From positions 2,368,001 through 2,432,000 of the forward strand of contig OZ245006.1 in NCBI GenBank assembly GCA_965223545.1: 64,000 bases of DNA, in the 5' to 3' direction. Position numbers and translations under genes: made by a program. The notes below the pieces were generated by a model. That model ran no database searches. It saw nothing but the letters and a program-made list of their open reading frames with translations, and was not told the DNA's origin. The DNA comes from Planctomycetota bacterium. Lineage in GTDB: Bacteria; Planctomycetota; UBA1135; UBA2386. Shown piece by piece: positions 39,101-49,900 of the stretch (position 1 is the stretch's first letter; the number at the start of each line of letters is the position of its first letter).

Positions 39101-41986
39101 CTACCCGACGGTGCCGGGAGCCGCGCGATTCCGATTCGGATCCGGCAACAGCGACAACAGCGCGGGCGTCACGACGAAGTCGGCGACCCAGGCCAGGGCG
39201 ATCATCACCGCGGCCAGCTTGCCCATCATCGCGTTGGGCTTGAACTGACTCAGCGCGAGCACCGCGAAGCCGAGCACGAGGATCAAGGTGGTGAACGTGA
39301 TCGCGTTGCCGACCTCGCCGAGCGCCACCCGCAGCGCCGCCTCGGTCGTCGCACCGGCGCGCCGCGCCCGGGTGAACTGCGTGAACAGGTGGATGGTGTC
39401 GTCGACACACACCCCCAGCGCCACCGAGGACACGAACACCGCCGGCCCGTCCACCTGCCAGCCGAACAGGCCGAACACGCCGATCGGAACGACGATCGGC
39501 AAGACATTGGGCACGACGCTGAGCGCCGCCATCACCACCGACCGGTAGATGATGCCGATCAGGACGGTGATCAGCGCCAGCGCCAACGCCATGGAGCGCA
39601 CGAAGCCGCGGGCGAACTTGTCGGTCATGCCGGCGTACAGCAGCATCTTTCCCGACAGGGTGAGGCTCGACAGGGCACTGCCGCCTTGCACTTCCTCGAG
39701 ACTCGCTGCGATGGTCGGAAAGTCGGCCTTCGCGATCTCCCGGATCCGGGCGAACGCCGCCAGATTCGCGGTCGTCGGCGCCTGCCGCAGCCTGCCTTGG
39801 ACCCGCACCGTGCTGCGGTCCGCGCTGATCAGCGTCGACAGGTTCTCGGCGGGCCGCGCGCCGTTCTCGTACTGCAGGTAGTACTGGGCGACCAGCGTCG
39901 ACGCCGACTGCGCCGGGATCAGCTCCACTTCTTCGGTGATTTCGTCGAACCACAACCGCGGCGCACGCGCGTCGGCTGCGACGTCGTCCTCGGTCGGCGG
40001 CCGGTAGAACGCCGCTCGGTTGTCGTTTTGCACCTGGTGCATCTTGCGCAGCACGTCGAGCGCGCCATCCAGCCGCGTGACGATGTGCAGCGGAGAGTCG
40101 GGATCGCGCATCTCGACGCGCAGGGCGTCGGTGAACCGGCGCAGCTCGCGCAAAAACTCGGCGGAGACCGCGATGCGCCGCCGCTGCACCTCAGCCTCTT
40201 CGGCCCGCAGCTGCGCCAGCTCCTGGCGCTCGGCGTCATCGAGCGGAGCGCTGTCCGGCAGCTGCTGCTCGGCGCCGAGCACGCGCACCGCGAGCTGCTC
40301 GATGCGACGCTCGCGAGCCCGCTGGCGCTCACCACTCTCAGGCGCCGGCGGCGCGGCAAACACCAACTCGAGATCACCGCCGCCGCTGAGCCGATGCTCG
40401 ATCCACTGCAGGTCGCGCATCGTGCGGTTGTCGTCGGGGAACGCCGCGCGGAAGTCGGTGTTGAGCTCGATCATCGTCAGCCCGATCAGCGCGGCAATGG
40501 CGACGACAGCCGCGCCTGCGACGATCGCGTGCCGGAAGCGCAGACCGACGGCGAGTACCGCGGCCGACCAGTGCGGCGCGTCCGCTGCCCCAGTGGCCAC
40601 GGCGCTCGGCGCCGGCAACGGCAGCAGCGAGAGCACGGCGGGCACCACCGTCATCGACAGGGCGTAGGCGTACAGCGCGCCCATGCCGGCGGTGTAGCCC
40701 AGCATCTGCATCGGGATGATGTTTCCCGTGGTCAGGGAGAAGAAGCCGATCGCGGTCGTCACCGAAGTCAAGAACACCGGCACTGCAGTGCGGCGCAGCA
40801 CTTCGAGGATCAACGCACGACGCTCGGTGAAGCCGTGGCGCAGGGCGTAGTAGGCGGCGCACAGGTGCACGGCGTCGGCGATGCTGATCGCGGTCACCAT
40901 GTTGGGCGCAGTCGCGGTGATGTTGTTGAGCAGGTCGCCCAACAGCCAGATCGTGCCGAGCATCGCCGCGATCGAGCCGAACACGACGAGCAGTGGCGTG
41001 ATCACGCCCGCGACCCGGCGGAACGCGAGGCCGAGAACCAAGGCGATGACCACGAACATCCAGCCGGCGACGCCGATGTCCTGCTCGCCGACGACGAAGA
41101 AATTGCGCTCGAACGTCGGCATGCCGGCCAAGTGGAACTCGAAGCCGCCGCCGGCCGCGGCGATCGCGTCCTGCATCGCGTCGAGCGCGCGCCACTGCGC
41201 GCTGTTGCCGTGCATCTGACGGCCGACGACGTGCGCGGCGGGGTCGTCGCCGAACGCGGCGCGCAGCTCCTCGACCGACAAGCGCGGGTTGAGCATCTGC
41301 ACCTGGATCGCAGCGGTGCGGCCATCGGCGCTGACGACGTTGCCGACCATCCGCGGCTCACCGATGAACTCAGCGAAGTCGGCGTCCTCGCCGAGCACCG
41401 CGCGCACGCGCGCTTCGCCGAGCAGCGCGGCCGCGCCGGCCCCGCCGAGGACTGCCACCGCGCGCTCGACGATGCCGGCGTCGTCGACCCCAGCGACTCC
41501 ACCCGCAAACAGGTCGGTGACGAGCAACCCGCGCTCGACGCCGCCGGCGCCATCGTCGAGGTCACCGGTGCGGATCCACGGGCTGTTGGTCAGGCTGCGC
41601 GCGAGGCGCACCGCCGGGATCCGTTCGAAGCGCGCGGTCAGCTCCTCGATCACCTCCAGGGCGGGCCGGGAGAACACTCCGTCGGGGTGATCCACCACCT
41701 CGAACGCGGCCAGAACGAAATCCTCGGCGGCGAACTGCTCTTCGATCCGCTGATAGGTCTGCAGACCGGGATCGTCCGGGTCGAACCAAACGTCGTACCG
41801 GGCGTCGAAGAGCTTGGGCTTGAACTCCTCCGGCGGCGGCACCGACAGCGAATCGACCTGCCGGGAGAAGCGCTCGACCCGTTGCCAGCCGAGCATCGCG
41901 GCGCCGGCCACGGCGGCAACCGCCAGCCCGGTCAATGGCCACCGGGCGTCGTAGAGCTTGGCCAACACCGTTCCGCGCGATCTCAT
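39101..41986 (-). CDS. MMPL/RND family transporter
   Basis: Two TM repeats with ISIADAVH and GVCVDDTIH, LTSVTTAIGF.SL; large periplasmic loops. Confidence 0.9.
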   Translation of the reverse strand: MRSRGTVLAKLYDARWPLTGLAVAAVAGAAMLGWQRVERFSRQVDSLSVPPPEEFKPKLFDARYDVWFDPDDPGLQTYQRIEEQFAAEDFVLAAFEVVDHPDGVFSRPALEVIEELTARFERIPAVRLARSLTNSPWIRTGDLDDGAGGVERGLLVTDLFAGGVAGVDDAGIVERAVAVLGGAGAAALLGEARVRAVLGEDADFAEFIGEPRMVGNVVSADGRTAAIQVQMLNPRLSVEELRAAFGDDPAAHVVGRQMHGNSAQWRALDAMQDAIAAAGGGFEFHLAGMPTFERNFFVVGEQDIGVAGWMFVVIALVLGLAFRRVAGVITPLLVVFGSIAAMLGTIWLLGDLLNNITATAPNMVTAISIADAVHLCAAYYALRHGFTERRALILEVLRRTAVPVFLTSVTTAIGFFSLTTGNIIPMQMLGYTAGMGALYAYALSMTVVPAVLSLLPLPAPSAVATGAADAPHWSAAVLAVGLRFRHAIVAGAAVVAIAALIGLTMIELNTDFRAAFPDDNRTMRDLQWIEHRLSGGGDLELVFAAPPAPESGERQRARERRIEQLAVRVLGAEQQLPDSAPLDDAERQELAQLRAEEAEVQRRRIAVSAEFLRELRRFTDALRVEMRDPDSPLHIVTRLDGALDVLRKMHQVQNDNRAAFYRPPTEDDVAADARAPRLWFDEITEEVELIPAQSASTLVAQYYLQYENGARPAENLSTLISADRSTVRVQGRLRQAPTTANLAAFARIREIAKADFPTIAASLEEVQGGSALSSLTLSGKMLLYAGMTDKFARGFVRSMALALALITVLIGIIYRSVVMAALSVVPNVLPIVVPIGVFGLFGWQVDGPAVFVSSVALGVCVDDTIHLFTQFTRARRAGATTEAALRVALGEVGNAITFTTLILVLGFAVLALSQFKPNAMMGKLAAVMIALAWVADFVVTPALLSLLPDPNRNRAAPGTVG

Positions 41987-42097
41987 CGGCGGCACACCAT
42001 CGAACCCGCGCCACCTCGGCGCCAGCCCCGAAACACTGATCACCGGCCACCGGCGCTGATTGCAATCGAGTTGCGAGAAGCCTAGATTCCGCGCGTC

Positions 42098-42883
42098 ATG
42101 GAGCTAGGGTTCGCGTTGGCGGTGGCTGCGGCGGGGCTCGCCGGCCTCTACGGCGCGCGCGTGCTCCGTGACAAGCTGGCCCTGCGCAGCGCCGGCTTCG
42201 GCTTCGCCACCGGCACCCTGCTCAGCATGGTGCTCCTGCACGTGATTCCAGAAGCCATGGCCGGCACCAGCCACGCCATGCTGCTGATGGTCGCCGGCTT
42301 CGTCGCCATGCTGCTGGCCCACCAGCACGGCCTGCAGGCCGACCCGTGCTGCGGCCACGACGACCACGCCCGGCACGCCGGCCTGCCCAGCTTTCTGGCA
42401 CTGTGCCTGTGCTCGATCAACGACGGTGTCGTGCTCTACAGCGACATCGATCGCGGCTTTGCCTCGCCACTCTTGTGGGCGATGTGCGTGCACAAGGCGA
42501 CCGCGGCGTTCGCCCTGCTGATGCTGCTGCGCGAGCTCGGCGCGCTGGGCGGCCGCCGGCGTGCCACCGCGATCCTGCTGGGCTACCTGCTGATGACACC
42601 CCTCGCCCTGCTGCTCGCCGCGCAGGTCGCGCGCTGGACCACCCTGTGGGCGCCCCTGCTGGCGCTCTCGGCCGGTGCACTCCTGTACGTCATCGCCGGC
42701 AGCTTGGTGCCGCGGGTCGAGCACCTGGCGCGCGAACGCGTCGGGCCGGTGCTGTCGACGTTCTTGATCGCGATCGCGGTCAACGCCGGCGTCCTGGTGC
42801 TGGCGCCGCACGACCACGCGCACGCGCACGGCCATGACCACAGCCACGCGCCGGCGCCCGAGTTGCCAACGGATTCTCGGTAG
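42098..42883 (+). CDS. ZIP family metal transporter
   Basis: FATG.LL...LLHVIPEA, His/Cys loop, HK in TM5, ALSAGALLYV...LVP, His-rich C-tail. Confidence 0.8.
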   Translation: MELGFALAVAAAGLAGLYGARVLRDKLALRSAGFGFATGTLLSMVLLHVIPEAMAGTSHAMLLMVAGFVAMLLAHQHGLQADPCCGHDDHARHAGLPSFLALCLCSINDGVVLYSDIDRGFASPLLWAMCVHKATAAFALLMLLRELGALGGRRRATAILLGYLLMTPLALLLAAQVARWTTLWAPLLALSAGALLYVIAGSLVPRVEHLARERVGPVLSTFLIAIAVNAGVLVLAPHDHAHAHGHDHSHAPAPELPTDSR

Positions 42884-42957
42884 ACTGCCGGCGGCGGCGC
42901 AGGCACGCCGTGATTTTATGCATCCGCCCGCGCGCGGGCGGAGATGGATGGGTGGCG

Positions 42958-45459
42958 ATGAACCGTCCCGCACCCGAACCCTTGGACCCGGCCCGGCTTG
43001 CCAATCAACGCGCGGCGCTGCTGCGCCTGGCGGACGGTCTGCTCGGCGACGTGCACCTGGCCGAAGACGCGCTGCAGGAGGCGTGGTTGACGGCCCTTGC
43101 CAAGCGGCCGGCGGACGAGCGCGCCTCGGGCTGGATGGCGCGCACCGTGAGCCACCTGGCGCATCGGCTGCGCCGCGGCGAGCAACGCCGCGCGCGGCAC
43201 GAGCGCCACGCGGCGACCGCCGAAGCGAGCGAGGCGACCGACGTCGTCGCCGCCCTCGAGCTGCACGAGAGACTCTCGGCAGCGGTGCGCGGCCTGCCGG
43301 GACACTACCGCGAGGCGCTCTACCTGCGCTACTACCGCGACCTCGGCCCGACGGCGATCGCGGCGCGCGCAGGGCTGCCGCTGCCCACCATCAAATCGCG
43401 CCTCGCCCGCGGCCTCGAGATGCTGCGGCAATCGCTGGACGCCCGGCACGGCGGTGACCGCCGCGCGTGGGCCTCCGCCCTGATCGGTGTCGGCGCTCTG
43501 CGCCGACCGGCGGGCCGCGAGCTGATCACCTTGACCGCGATGACATTGACCATGACCGCCAAGACCTGGATCACGGCTGCAGCCGCCCTCGCCGCGGCGG
43601 GCGCCGCCCTCTGGCTCCTCGCCGACACCGGGCCTACGCCCCCGCCGCTGGCCTCGGCCCCCGAAGCGATCCCCGCGTCGACGACGCTGGCCGACGACGC
43701 CGCACCACGCCGCGCCGCCGCGGCCGACCGGGAAACGCCGACGACCACCGACCCGGCCGCGGCCGTGGCAACGACCGTGCCCTCGACGACGACGCTGCGC
43801 GGACGAGTGCTCGATGTGCGCGGAAAGCCGGCCAATCACGAGGTGCGCTGTTGGTCCATGCAGGTGGGAATCGAGCCGCCCGCGATCGCTGTGCAGCCGG
43901 GTGCGGACGGCGTGTTCGAGTTGCCGATGCCGACGGGCCGGGTCGGGTTCTCGGTCGAGGACGCTCGCGTGCGGACCGTGTTGTTGGGCATCCACGACCC
44001 GGCCTCGCCGATTCCGCCGGTCGTGGTCGTCGCACCCAAGATCGAGCTGCGCGGCCACGTCGTGACGCGCGATGGCGCGGCGGTCGCCGGTCTTGCCTTG
44101 TATGCCGACCTCGACCGCGCGGCCCGCCGGTCGGTCGGCATCGCGCTCGACGGATCGCAGCCGATGACGCTGACCACGCAGACCGATGCGGACGGGGGAT
44201 TCGCGTTGGCGGCGGCGGCGGTTCCCGGCGCCCTGCTGCGCGTCGACGGGACGGACGCGTTGCTGGGCACCGAGGTCGAATTGCCGCAGCACGACCACGG
44301 CTCCCTGTCGATCGTCTTGGACCGTCGCGCCGCGCCGAGCGGCTTGCGCGGCCGCGTACTGGGCGGCAACGGTGCGCCGCTGCCGAACACCGTGGTCGTG
44401 CTGGGTCGCGCGAGCGCCCGCACCGACGACACCGGGGAGTTCGCGCTCAGCCTCGACAAAACCCCGCCGGGGACACCGCTGTACGCCATCGCCAGAGGCC
44501 GACAACCGGCCCGCGTCGAAGACCCGTCGCCCCACGGCGATCGGCATGGCTGGCCGCCGTTCTTGGAGATCGTCGTCACCGGCTCACCAATGACCATCAG
44601 CGGAGTCGCGCGTGCGCCCGACGGAACCCCCATCACCGGCGCCTCGGTCTGGATCGACGACCCGACCTACGCCGGCCTGGTCGACGACAGCGCCAGCTTC
44701 GTCGAACACCTCGCTCATGAGCAGCCATGGAGTGACGCCGTGACCACGGACGACTCCGGTAGGTTCACGCTGGGTGGCCTGCTCGACCGCCCGTACCGCG
44801 TCACCGGGTTCGCGTTCGAGCAGGGCCGCGCACTGGCGCCGCAGACCGCGACCGCCGGCACGACAAACCTCGTTCTGGAACTGCAACCGACGCCGCCCAG
44901 CCACCGGCGCGAAGGTCGCGTGGTCGACCACCACGGCAGGCCGGTCGCCGGCGTGCAGCTCGCCTTCGCGCAGGTCTACCGCCGGGTGCGCTACCCGGCC
45001 GGGAATCCGGCGACCCACACCTTTGCCGCGGCGCACACCCAATCCGACGCGGACGGGAGGTTCGCGTTGGACGAAGTCGCCGACGACGTCGCCTTCGTCG
45101 ACTACGGCGGCGACGCGGTGATGCCGGGCCGCCAACCCCTCGACGACGCCGATCGGTCGCCGCTGACGCTCGTCGTTCCGCGTCGCTGCCACGTGCAAGT
45201 GCACGCCACTGCCCCATTGGCGAACGGGACCTACGCCCAGCTGGTCGACTCCAGCGGCAGCGCGCTCGCGCTGGTGCTGTTCTCCGGCAGGTCGTCGCGC
45301 AGCTCGAGCCTGCAGCCGCTGCAAGACGGGCGGACCGAGGTCTTGGCCGTCGCCGACACCGCGGCCGAGCTGCGCATCTGGCGCGACCGCGAGATCGTGC
45401 ACCGCCAACCGGTCACCCTCGAACCGGGTGAAGTGCGCCACCTGCACGTCGCGCCGTGA
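42958..45459 (+). CDS. ECF sigma factor fused to a TM helix and carboxypeptidase-regulatory-like repeats
   Basis: AEDALQEAWLTAL; YREALYLRYY..L...IKSRLARGLEMLR; GGDRRAW linker; TM; repeated TDADGGF/TDDSGRF units. Confidence 0.85.
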   Translation: MNRPAPEPLDPARLANQRAALLRLADGLLGDVHLAEDALQEAWLTALAKRPADERASGWMARTVSHLAHRLRRGEQRRARHERHAATAEASEATDVVAALELHERLSAAVRGLPGHYREALYLRYYRDLGPTAIAARAGLPLPTIKSRLARGLEMLRQSLDARHGGDRRAWASALIGVGALRRPAGRELITLTAMTLTMTAKTWITAAAALAAAGAALWLLADTGPTPPPLASAPEAIPASTTLADDAAPRRAAAADRETPTTTDPAAAVATTVPSTTTLRGRVLDVRGKPANHEVRCWSMQVGIEPPAIAVQPGADGVFELPMPTGRVGFSVEDARVRTVLLGIHDPASPIPPVVVVAPKIELRGHVVTRDGAAVAGLALYADLDRAARRSVGIALDGSQPMTLTTQTDADGGFALAAAAVPGALLRVDGTDALLGTEVELPQHDHGSLSIVLDRRAAPSGLRGRVLGGNGAPLPNTVVVLGRASARTDDTGEFALSLDKTPPGTPLYAIARGRQPARVEDPSPHGDRHGWPPFLEIVVTGSPMTISGVARAPDGTPITGASVWIDDPTYAGLVDDSASFVEHLAHEQPWSDAVTTDDSGRFTLGGLLDRPYRVTGFAFEQGRALAPQTATAGTTNLVLELQPTPPSHRREGRVVDHHGRPVAGVQLAFAQVYRRVRYPAGNPATHTFAAAHTQSDADGRFALDEVADDVAFVDYGGDAVMPGRQPLDDADRSPLTLVVPRRCHVQVHATAPLANGTYAQLVDSSGSALALVLFSGRSSRSSSLQPLQDGRTEVLAVADTAAELRIWRDREIVHRQPVTLEPGEVRHLHVAP

Positions 45460-45516
45460 GCCGGCGGTTCGGCGCCGCGTTCTTTACCCAGCTTCGGCGC
45501 TATCCTGCTCGGGCCG

Positions 45517-46905
45517 ATGCCCGCCCGCTCGTCGATCCTCTGCTGCGCCGCGCTCGCCGGCGCCTGCGTGGCACCGCATCCCTCGACGCCGGTACCGATC
45601 TGGGTCTACGACATCGAGATCGATGACGTTGCCCAGCGCGCACGCGTGCGGGCCGAGCTGCACGCCCGAGGCCCCGGCCCCTTGGTCTGTAGCACCGACC
45701 ACGACGGTACCTGCGGCCCCCCAACGCGGATCCGCGGCCCGGTGCACCGCCGCGATGGGACGCTCTGGGGAACGCCGGACGCCGGTGGCCGGCTGTGGTT
45801 CGACTACGAGGTCCCCGTGTTCACGAACGCGGCGGCGACACCACTGTTCCCGCTGTCGTGTCTCTTGCTGCGACCGGCCGAAGCTCCCGCCGCCGGCGAC
45901 GCCGTGCTGCGGATCCAGCACAGCGCCGGCCGCGCCGTGTCGACTGGCCTCGCTCCGGTTGTGCACACAACCAAGGGCACGGTGTATCGCGTCCCGGCGC
46001 GGTTTGCCGGAGCACTGCCGTGGACGGCCATCGATCCTCCCGCGGTGCACGCTCTCGACCTCGGCGACGGCATCCCGCTGTCGCGCGTCCGGCTCGACGA
46101 CCGGCTCGGGTTGACGGACGGCGCGCTGGACGACTGGATCCTCGACGCCGCGGTCGGTCTGCGCGACTACTGCGGGACGTTCCCCGTGCCTGCCGCCGCA
46201 GTGTTCCTGGCGAGCACGCGCGGGCTCGGCGTCGCATCGGCGTCGACCCGAGGTCTCGGCGGCGCGTCGATCCGGCTGCGCATCGGCCGCGCCGCGACGC
46301 GCGCGGCGCTTGCAAAGGACACGATCCTGCCTCACGAGCTCGCGCACCTCGCGATCGCCAACCTGCCGCGAGCGCACCACTGGTTCGAGGAGGGATTGGC
46401 CACCTACTTGGAATCCGTCATCCCCGCCTCGCGCGGGCTGTTGCCCGCGGAAGAAGTGTGGCGAAGGTGGTTCCACGCCATGCCTCGCGATCGACTCGGC
46501 GTTCGCCCCCTCGACGGCGCGCACGATCGCACATCCTTGTATTGGGGCGGCGCCCTGTTCTTTCTGGTGGCGGACGTCCGACTGCGACAGCTCTACCCCG
46601 GTCGGGGCGGTCTGCGGCGGAGCGTGCGGCACTGGGTGCGCGACGGGCTGACGATCGCCACGACTGCGACGCTCGACACGGTGCTGGCCAGCGCGGACGC
46701 GGCGTTCCCCAACTGTGCGGTCTGGCGCGATCTGTATCGCGAAGTCGAGCTCGACCGGCGCCCCATCGACACCGCCGCGCTGTGGTCGGCGCTCGGCGTG
46801 GCCGGCACACACACCGGCATCCGCCTCGACGACCGCGCACCCCTCGCCGCCCTCCGCCACGCATTGCTGCGCGGCGGACCGGAGTCCGCCGCGCCGGTCA
46901 GGTGA
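45517..46905 (+). CDS. Putative lipoprotein zinc metallopeptidase (gluzincin, M1/M61-like)
   Basis: Lipobox LAGAC; PHELAH...WFEEGLATY; Y.GGAL. Confidence 0.75.
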   Translation: MPARSSILCCAALAGACVAPHPSTPVPIWVYDIEIDDVAQRARVRAELHARGPGPLVCSTDHDGTCGPPTRIRGPVHRRDGTLWGTPDAGGRLWFDYEVPVFTNAAATPLFPLSCLLLRPAEAPAAGDAVLRIQHSAGRAVSTGLAPVVHTTKGTVYRVPARFAGALPWTAIDPPAVHALDLGDGIPLSRVRLDDRLGLTDGALDDWILDAAVGLRDYCGTFPVPAAAVFLASTRGLGVASASTRGLGGASIRLRIGRAATRAALAKDTILPHELAHLAIANLPRAHHWFEEGLATYLESVIPASRGLLPAEEVWRRWFHAMPRDRLGVRPLDGAHDRTSLYWGGALFFLVADVRLRQLYPGRGGLRRSVRHWVRDGLTIATTATLDTVLASADAAFPNCAVWRDLYREVELDRRPIDTAALWSALGVAGTHTGIRLDDRAPLAALRHALLRGGPESAAPVR

Positions 46906-49900
46906 CCGCGCGCCGCAACCGCCGCTCCTGCCCCCAACAGTACAGCGTCGGTACGACGAACACGCTGATCAGCACCATCAGCATGCCGCCGAACGTCGGG
47001 ATCGCCATCGGCACCATCACATCCGCGCCCCGGCCGGTGGACGTGAGCACGGGCAGGAGGGCCAACACGGTGGTGGCGCTGGTCATCAAGCACGCGCGGA
47101 TGCGCCGCTTGCCGGCTTCGACCACCGCGTCGCGCACACTCTGCACGTCGGCGTTCACGCCCTCCGCAAAGCGCTGCCGCAAGTAGGTCGCCAGCAACAC
47201 GCCATCGTCGGTGGCGATGCCGAACAGCGCCAGGAACCCGACCCACACCGCGACGCTCATGTTGACCGTCTTGACCCCGAACAGCTCGCGCAGGTGCACG
47301 CCGAAGACCTCGACGTCCAAGAACCACGGCTGCGAGTACAGCCACAGCAAGACGAAGCCACCGGCCCACGCGACCAGAACTCCCGAGAACACCAGCAGGC
47401 TTGTGGCGGTCGAGCGGAAGTGCAGATAGAGCAGCAAGAAGATGACGACCAATGCCAGCGGCAACACGACGCGGAGCACGGCCTCGGCTCGCAGTTGGCT
47501 CTCGTAACGTCCGGCGAAGCGGTAGCTCACACCGGCCGGCACCATCAATCCACCTTGCGCGATCTCGTCATCGAGCCGGGCCGCGGCGAGTTCGACGACC
47601 TCGGCCTCGCTCACCGCGTCGGTTTTGTCGAACGTCACGTAGGTGACCAAGAACGTGTTCTCGCTGCGGATGCTCTGCGGCCCCGGTGTGTAGCGCAGTC
47701 GTGCGAGCTGGCCGAGCGGCAACTGCGCGCCACCGGGAGCGGCGACGATCACCTGCTCGAGACTCTCGATGCTGTCGCGCAGCTCACGCAGGTAGCGCAC
47801 CCGTACCGGATAGCGGGCTCGACCATCCAACACGGTGGTGACGTGCCGGCCACCGACGGCCACGTCGATCACTCGCTGCACCGCGCCGATGGTGAGCCCG
47901 TGCCGAGCGATGGCCTCGCGATCGATGTCGATCTCGAGGTACGGCTTCCCCCGGATGCGGTGGGCGCGCACGGTGTTGGACTTGACGCCATCGACTTCCT
48001 TCAGCACGCCCTCGATGGCGATCGCGGTGCGCTCCACCGAGTCCAGGTCGGGACCGGAGACCACGACGCCGAACGGAGACCGCATGCCCGTCTGCAGCAT
48101 GATCTGTCGCGTGCCGATCGGCTGCAGCATGGACGCCGCCGTCGTGCCGGGCAGGGACGCCACCGCGGCGATCGTCTCCCAGATGTCTTCCGGGCTGCGG
48201 ATGTGCGACCGCCACTGGCGCCGCACCTCGCCGTCTTCGTCGACTCCGTACTCCGGCTTGTAGGTGATCACCGTCTCGACCATCGCCACCGGTGCCGGGT
48301 CGAGCGCGCTCTCGACGCGGCCGATCTTGCCGACCACGTCTTCTACCTCGGGGATCTGGGCGATGGCCTCGTCCTGGCGACGCAGCACGTCGATCGCCTC
48401 GCCGATCGACGCGTGATCACTGGTCACCGGCATCAACAAGAAAGAGCCTTCGTCGAGCCGCGGCATGAACTCGGACTTGAGGCCGGGGAACCACCGCCGC
48501 TCGAGCTGCCAGGCGGTGTCGTCCGCCGGCACCCCGAGCCCCTGCAACGGCTGGCGCACGACGCGGTCGAAGCCGAGCCACGCCAGCAGGCCGAAGCCGA
48601 CGGCGGCCAACGGCAGAAAAGAGAACACCAGCTTGTGTGCCAAGCACCACCGGAGCACGGGCTCGTAGCACCGGTGGAACAGCGCGAACGCGCCGAGCAC
48701 CGCGGCGAGCACGACGCCGGTAAACAGCAGGTTGCCGATCTCGGACTGCGGCCCGAGCGGCTGCCAGTGCCGGGCCAGGAACACGCCGACCACGACGACG
48801 AGCACTGCGTTGACGGCGCGCATGCCCACCCCCGGCCGTTCGCTCGGTGCGCGGCCCCCGCGACCGACGAGCAGCGCTCTCGCCATCGGGGGCACGGCGA
48901 TCAGAGTCACCGCAATCGCCGCCACCAAGGCGAGTGTCTTGGTCTGGGCGAGCGGCCTGAACAGCTTGCCGTCCTCACCCTGCATGGCGAACACCGGCAA
49001 GAAGCTGACCACCGTGGTCAGCACGGAGGTCAGCACCGCGCCGCCGACCTCGGCCGTAGCGGCGAGGATCGCGTCGCGCGGTGGCGCCGATGGCGGCCGC
49101 GCGCGCAGGTGGCGCAGGATGCTCTCCACCATCACGACTCCCATGTCGACCATGGTGCCGATCGCGATCGCGATGCCGGAAAGCGCGACGACGTTGGCAT
49201 CGACGCCGAGGTAGCGCATGCCGACGAAGCACAACAGCACCGCCAACGGCAACACGCCGGACACCAGCAACGATCCACCGACGTGCGCGACCAGCACCAG
49301 GACGACGATCACGGTCACCAGCACCTGGTCGGTGAGCGCGGTGCGGAGCGTGTCGAGCGTCTCGTGGATCAGCCGCGTGCGGTCGTAGAACGGCTCGATC
49401 GAGACGCGAACCTCCGTTCCGTCGGACAGCACTCGCCGCGGTAGACCGGGCTCGATCTCGGCGATCTTCGCCTTGACCCGGTCGATCACCTGCAGGGGGT
49501 TGGCGCCGTAGCGCACGACCACGACGCCACCGACGGCTTCCGCGCCGGCGCGGTCGAGCGCGCCGCGGCGCAGGGCCGGCCCGATGTGCACGGTCGCCAC
49601 CTGTCCCACCGTCACCGGCACCCCGTCGACGACGCTGATGACCGTGTGCTCGATGTCCTCGACGCTCTCGACGTAGCCCAACCCGCGCACCAGGTACTCG
49701 ACCTGGTTGATCTCGATCGTTCGCGCCCCGACCTCGGCGTTGGTCCGACGCACCGCCTCGAACACCTGCTCCAGGGTCACGCCGAGCGTGCGCAGCAGAT
49801 CGGGGTCGACGTCGACCTGGTACTCCTGGACGAAGCCGCCGACCGAAGACACTTCGGACACACCTTCGACCCCCGCCAGTGCGAAGCGCACGTGCCAGTC

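Noticed and set aside
34310..41986. Hopanoid synthesis/export cluster (cyclase-like gene near MMPL)
   Set aside because: The prenyltransferase-fold protein looks exported and lacks DxDD, no hpn genes are present, and the genes are on opposite strands
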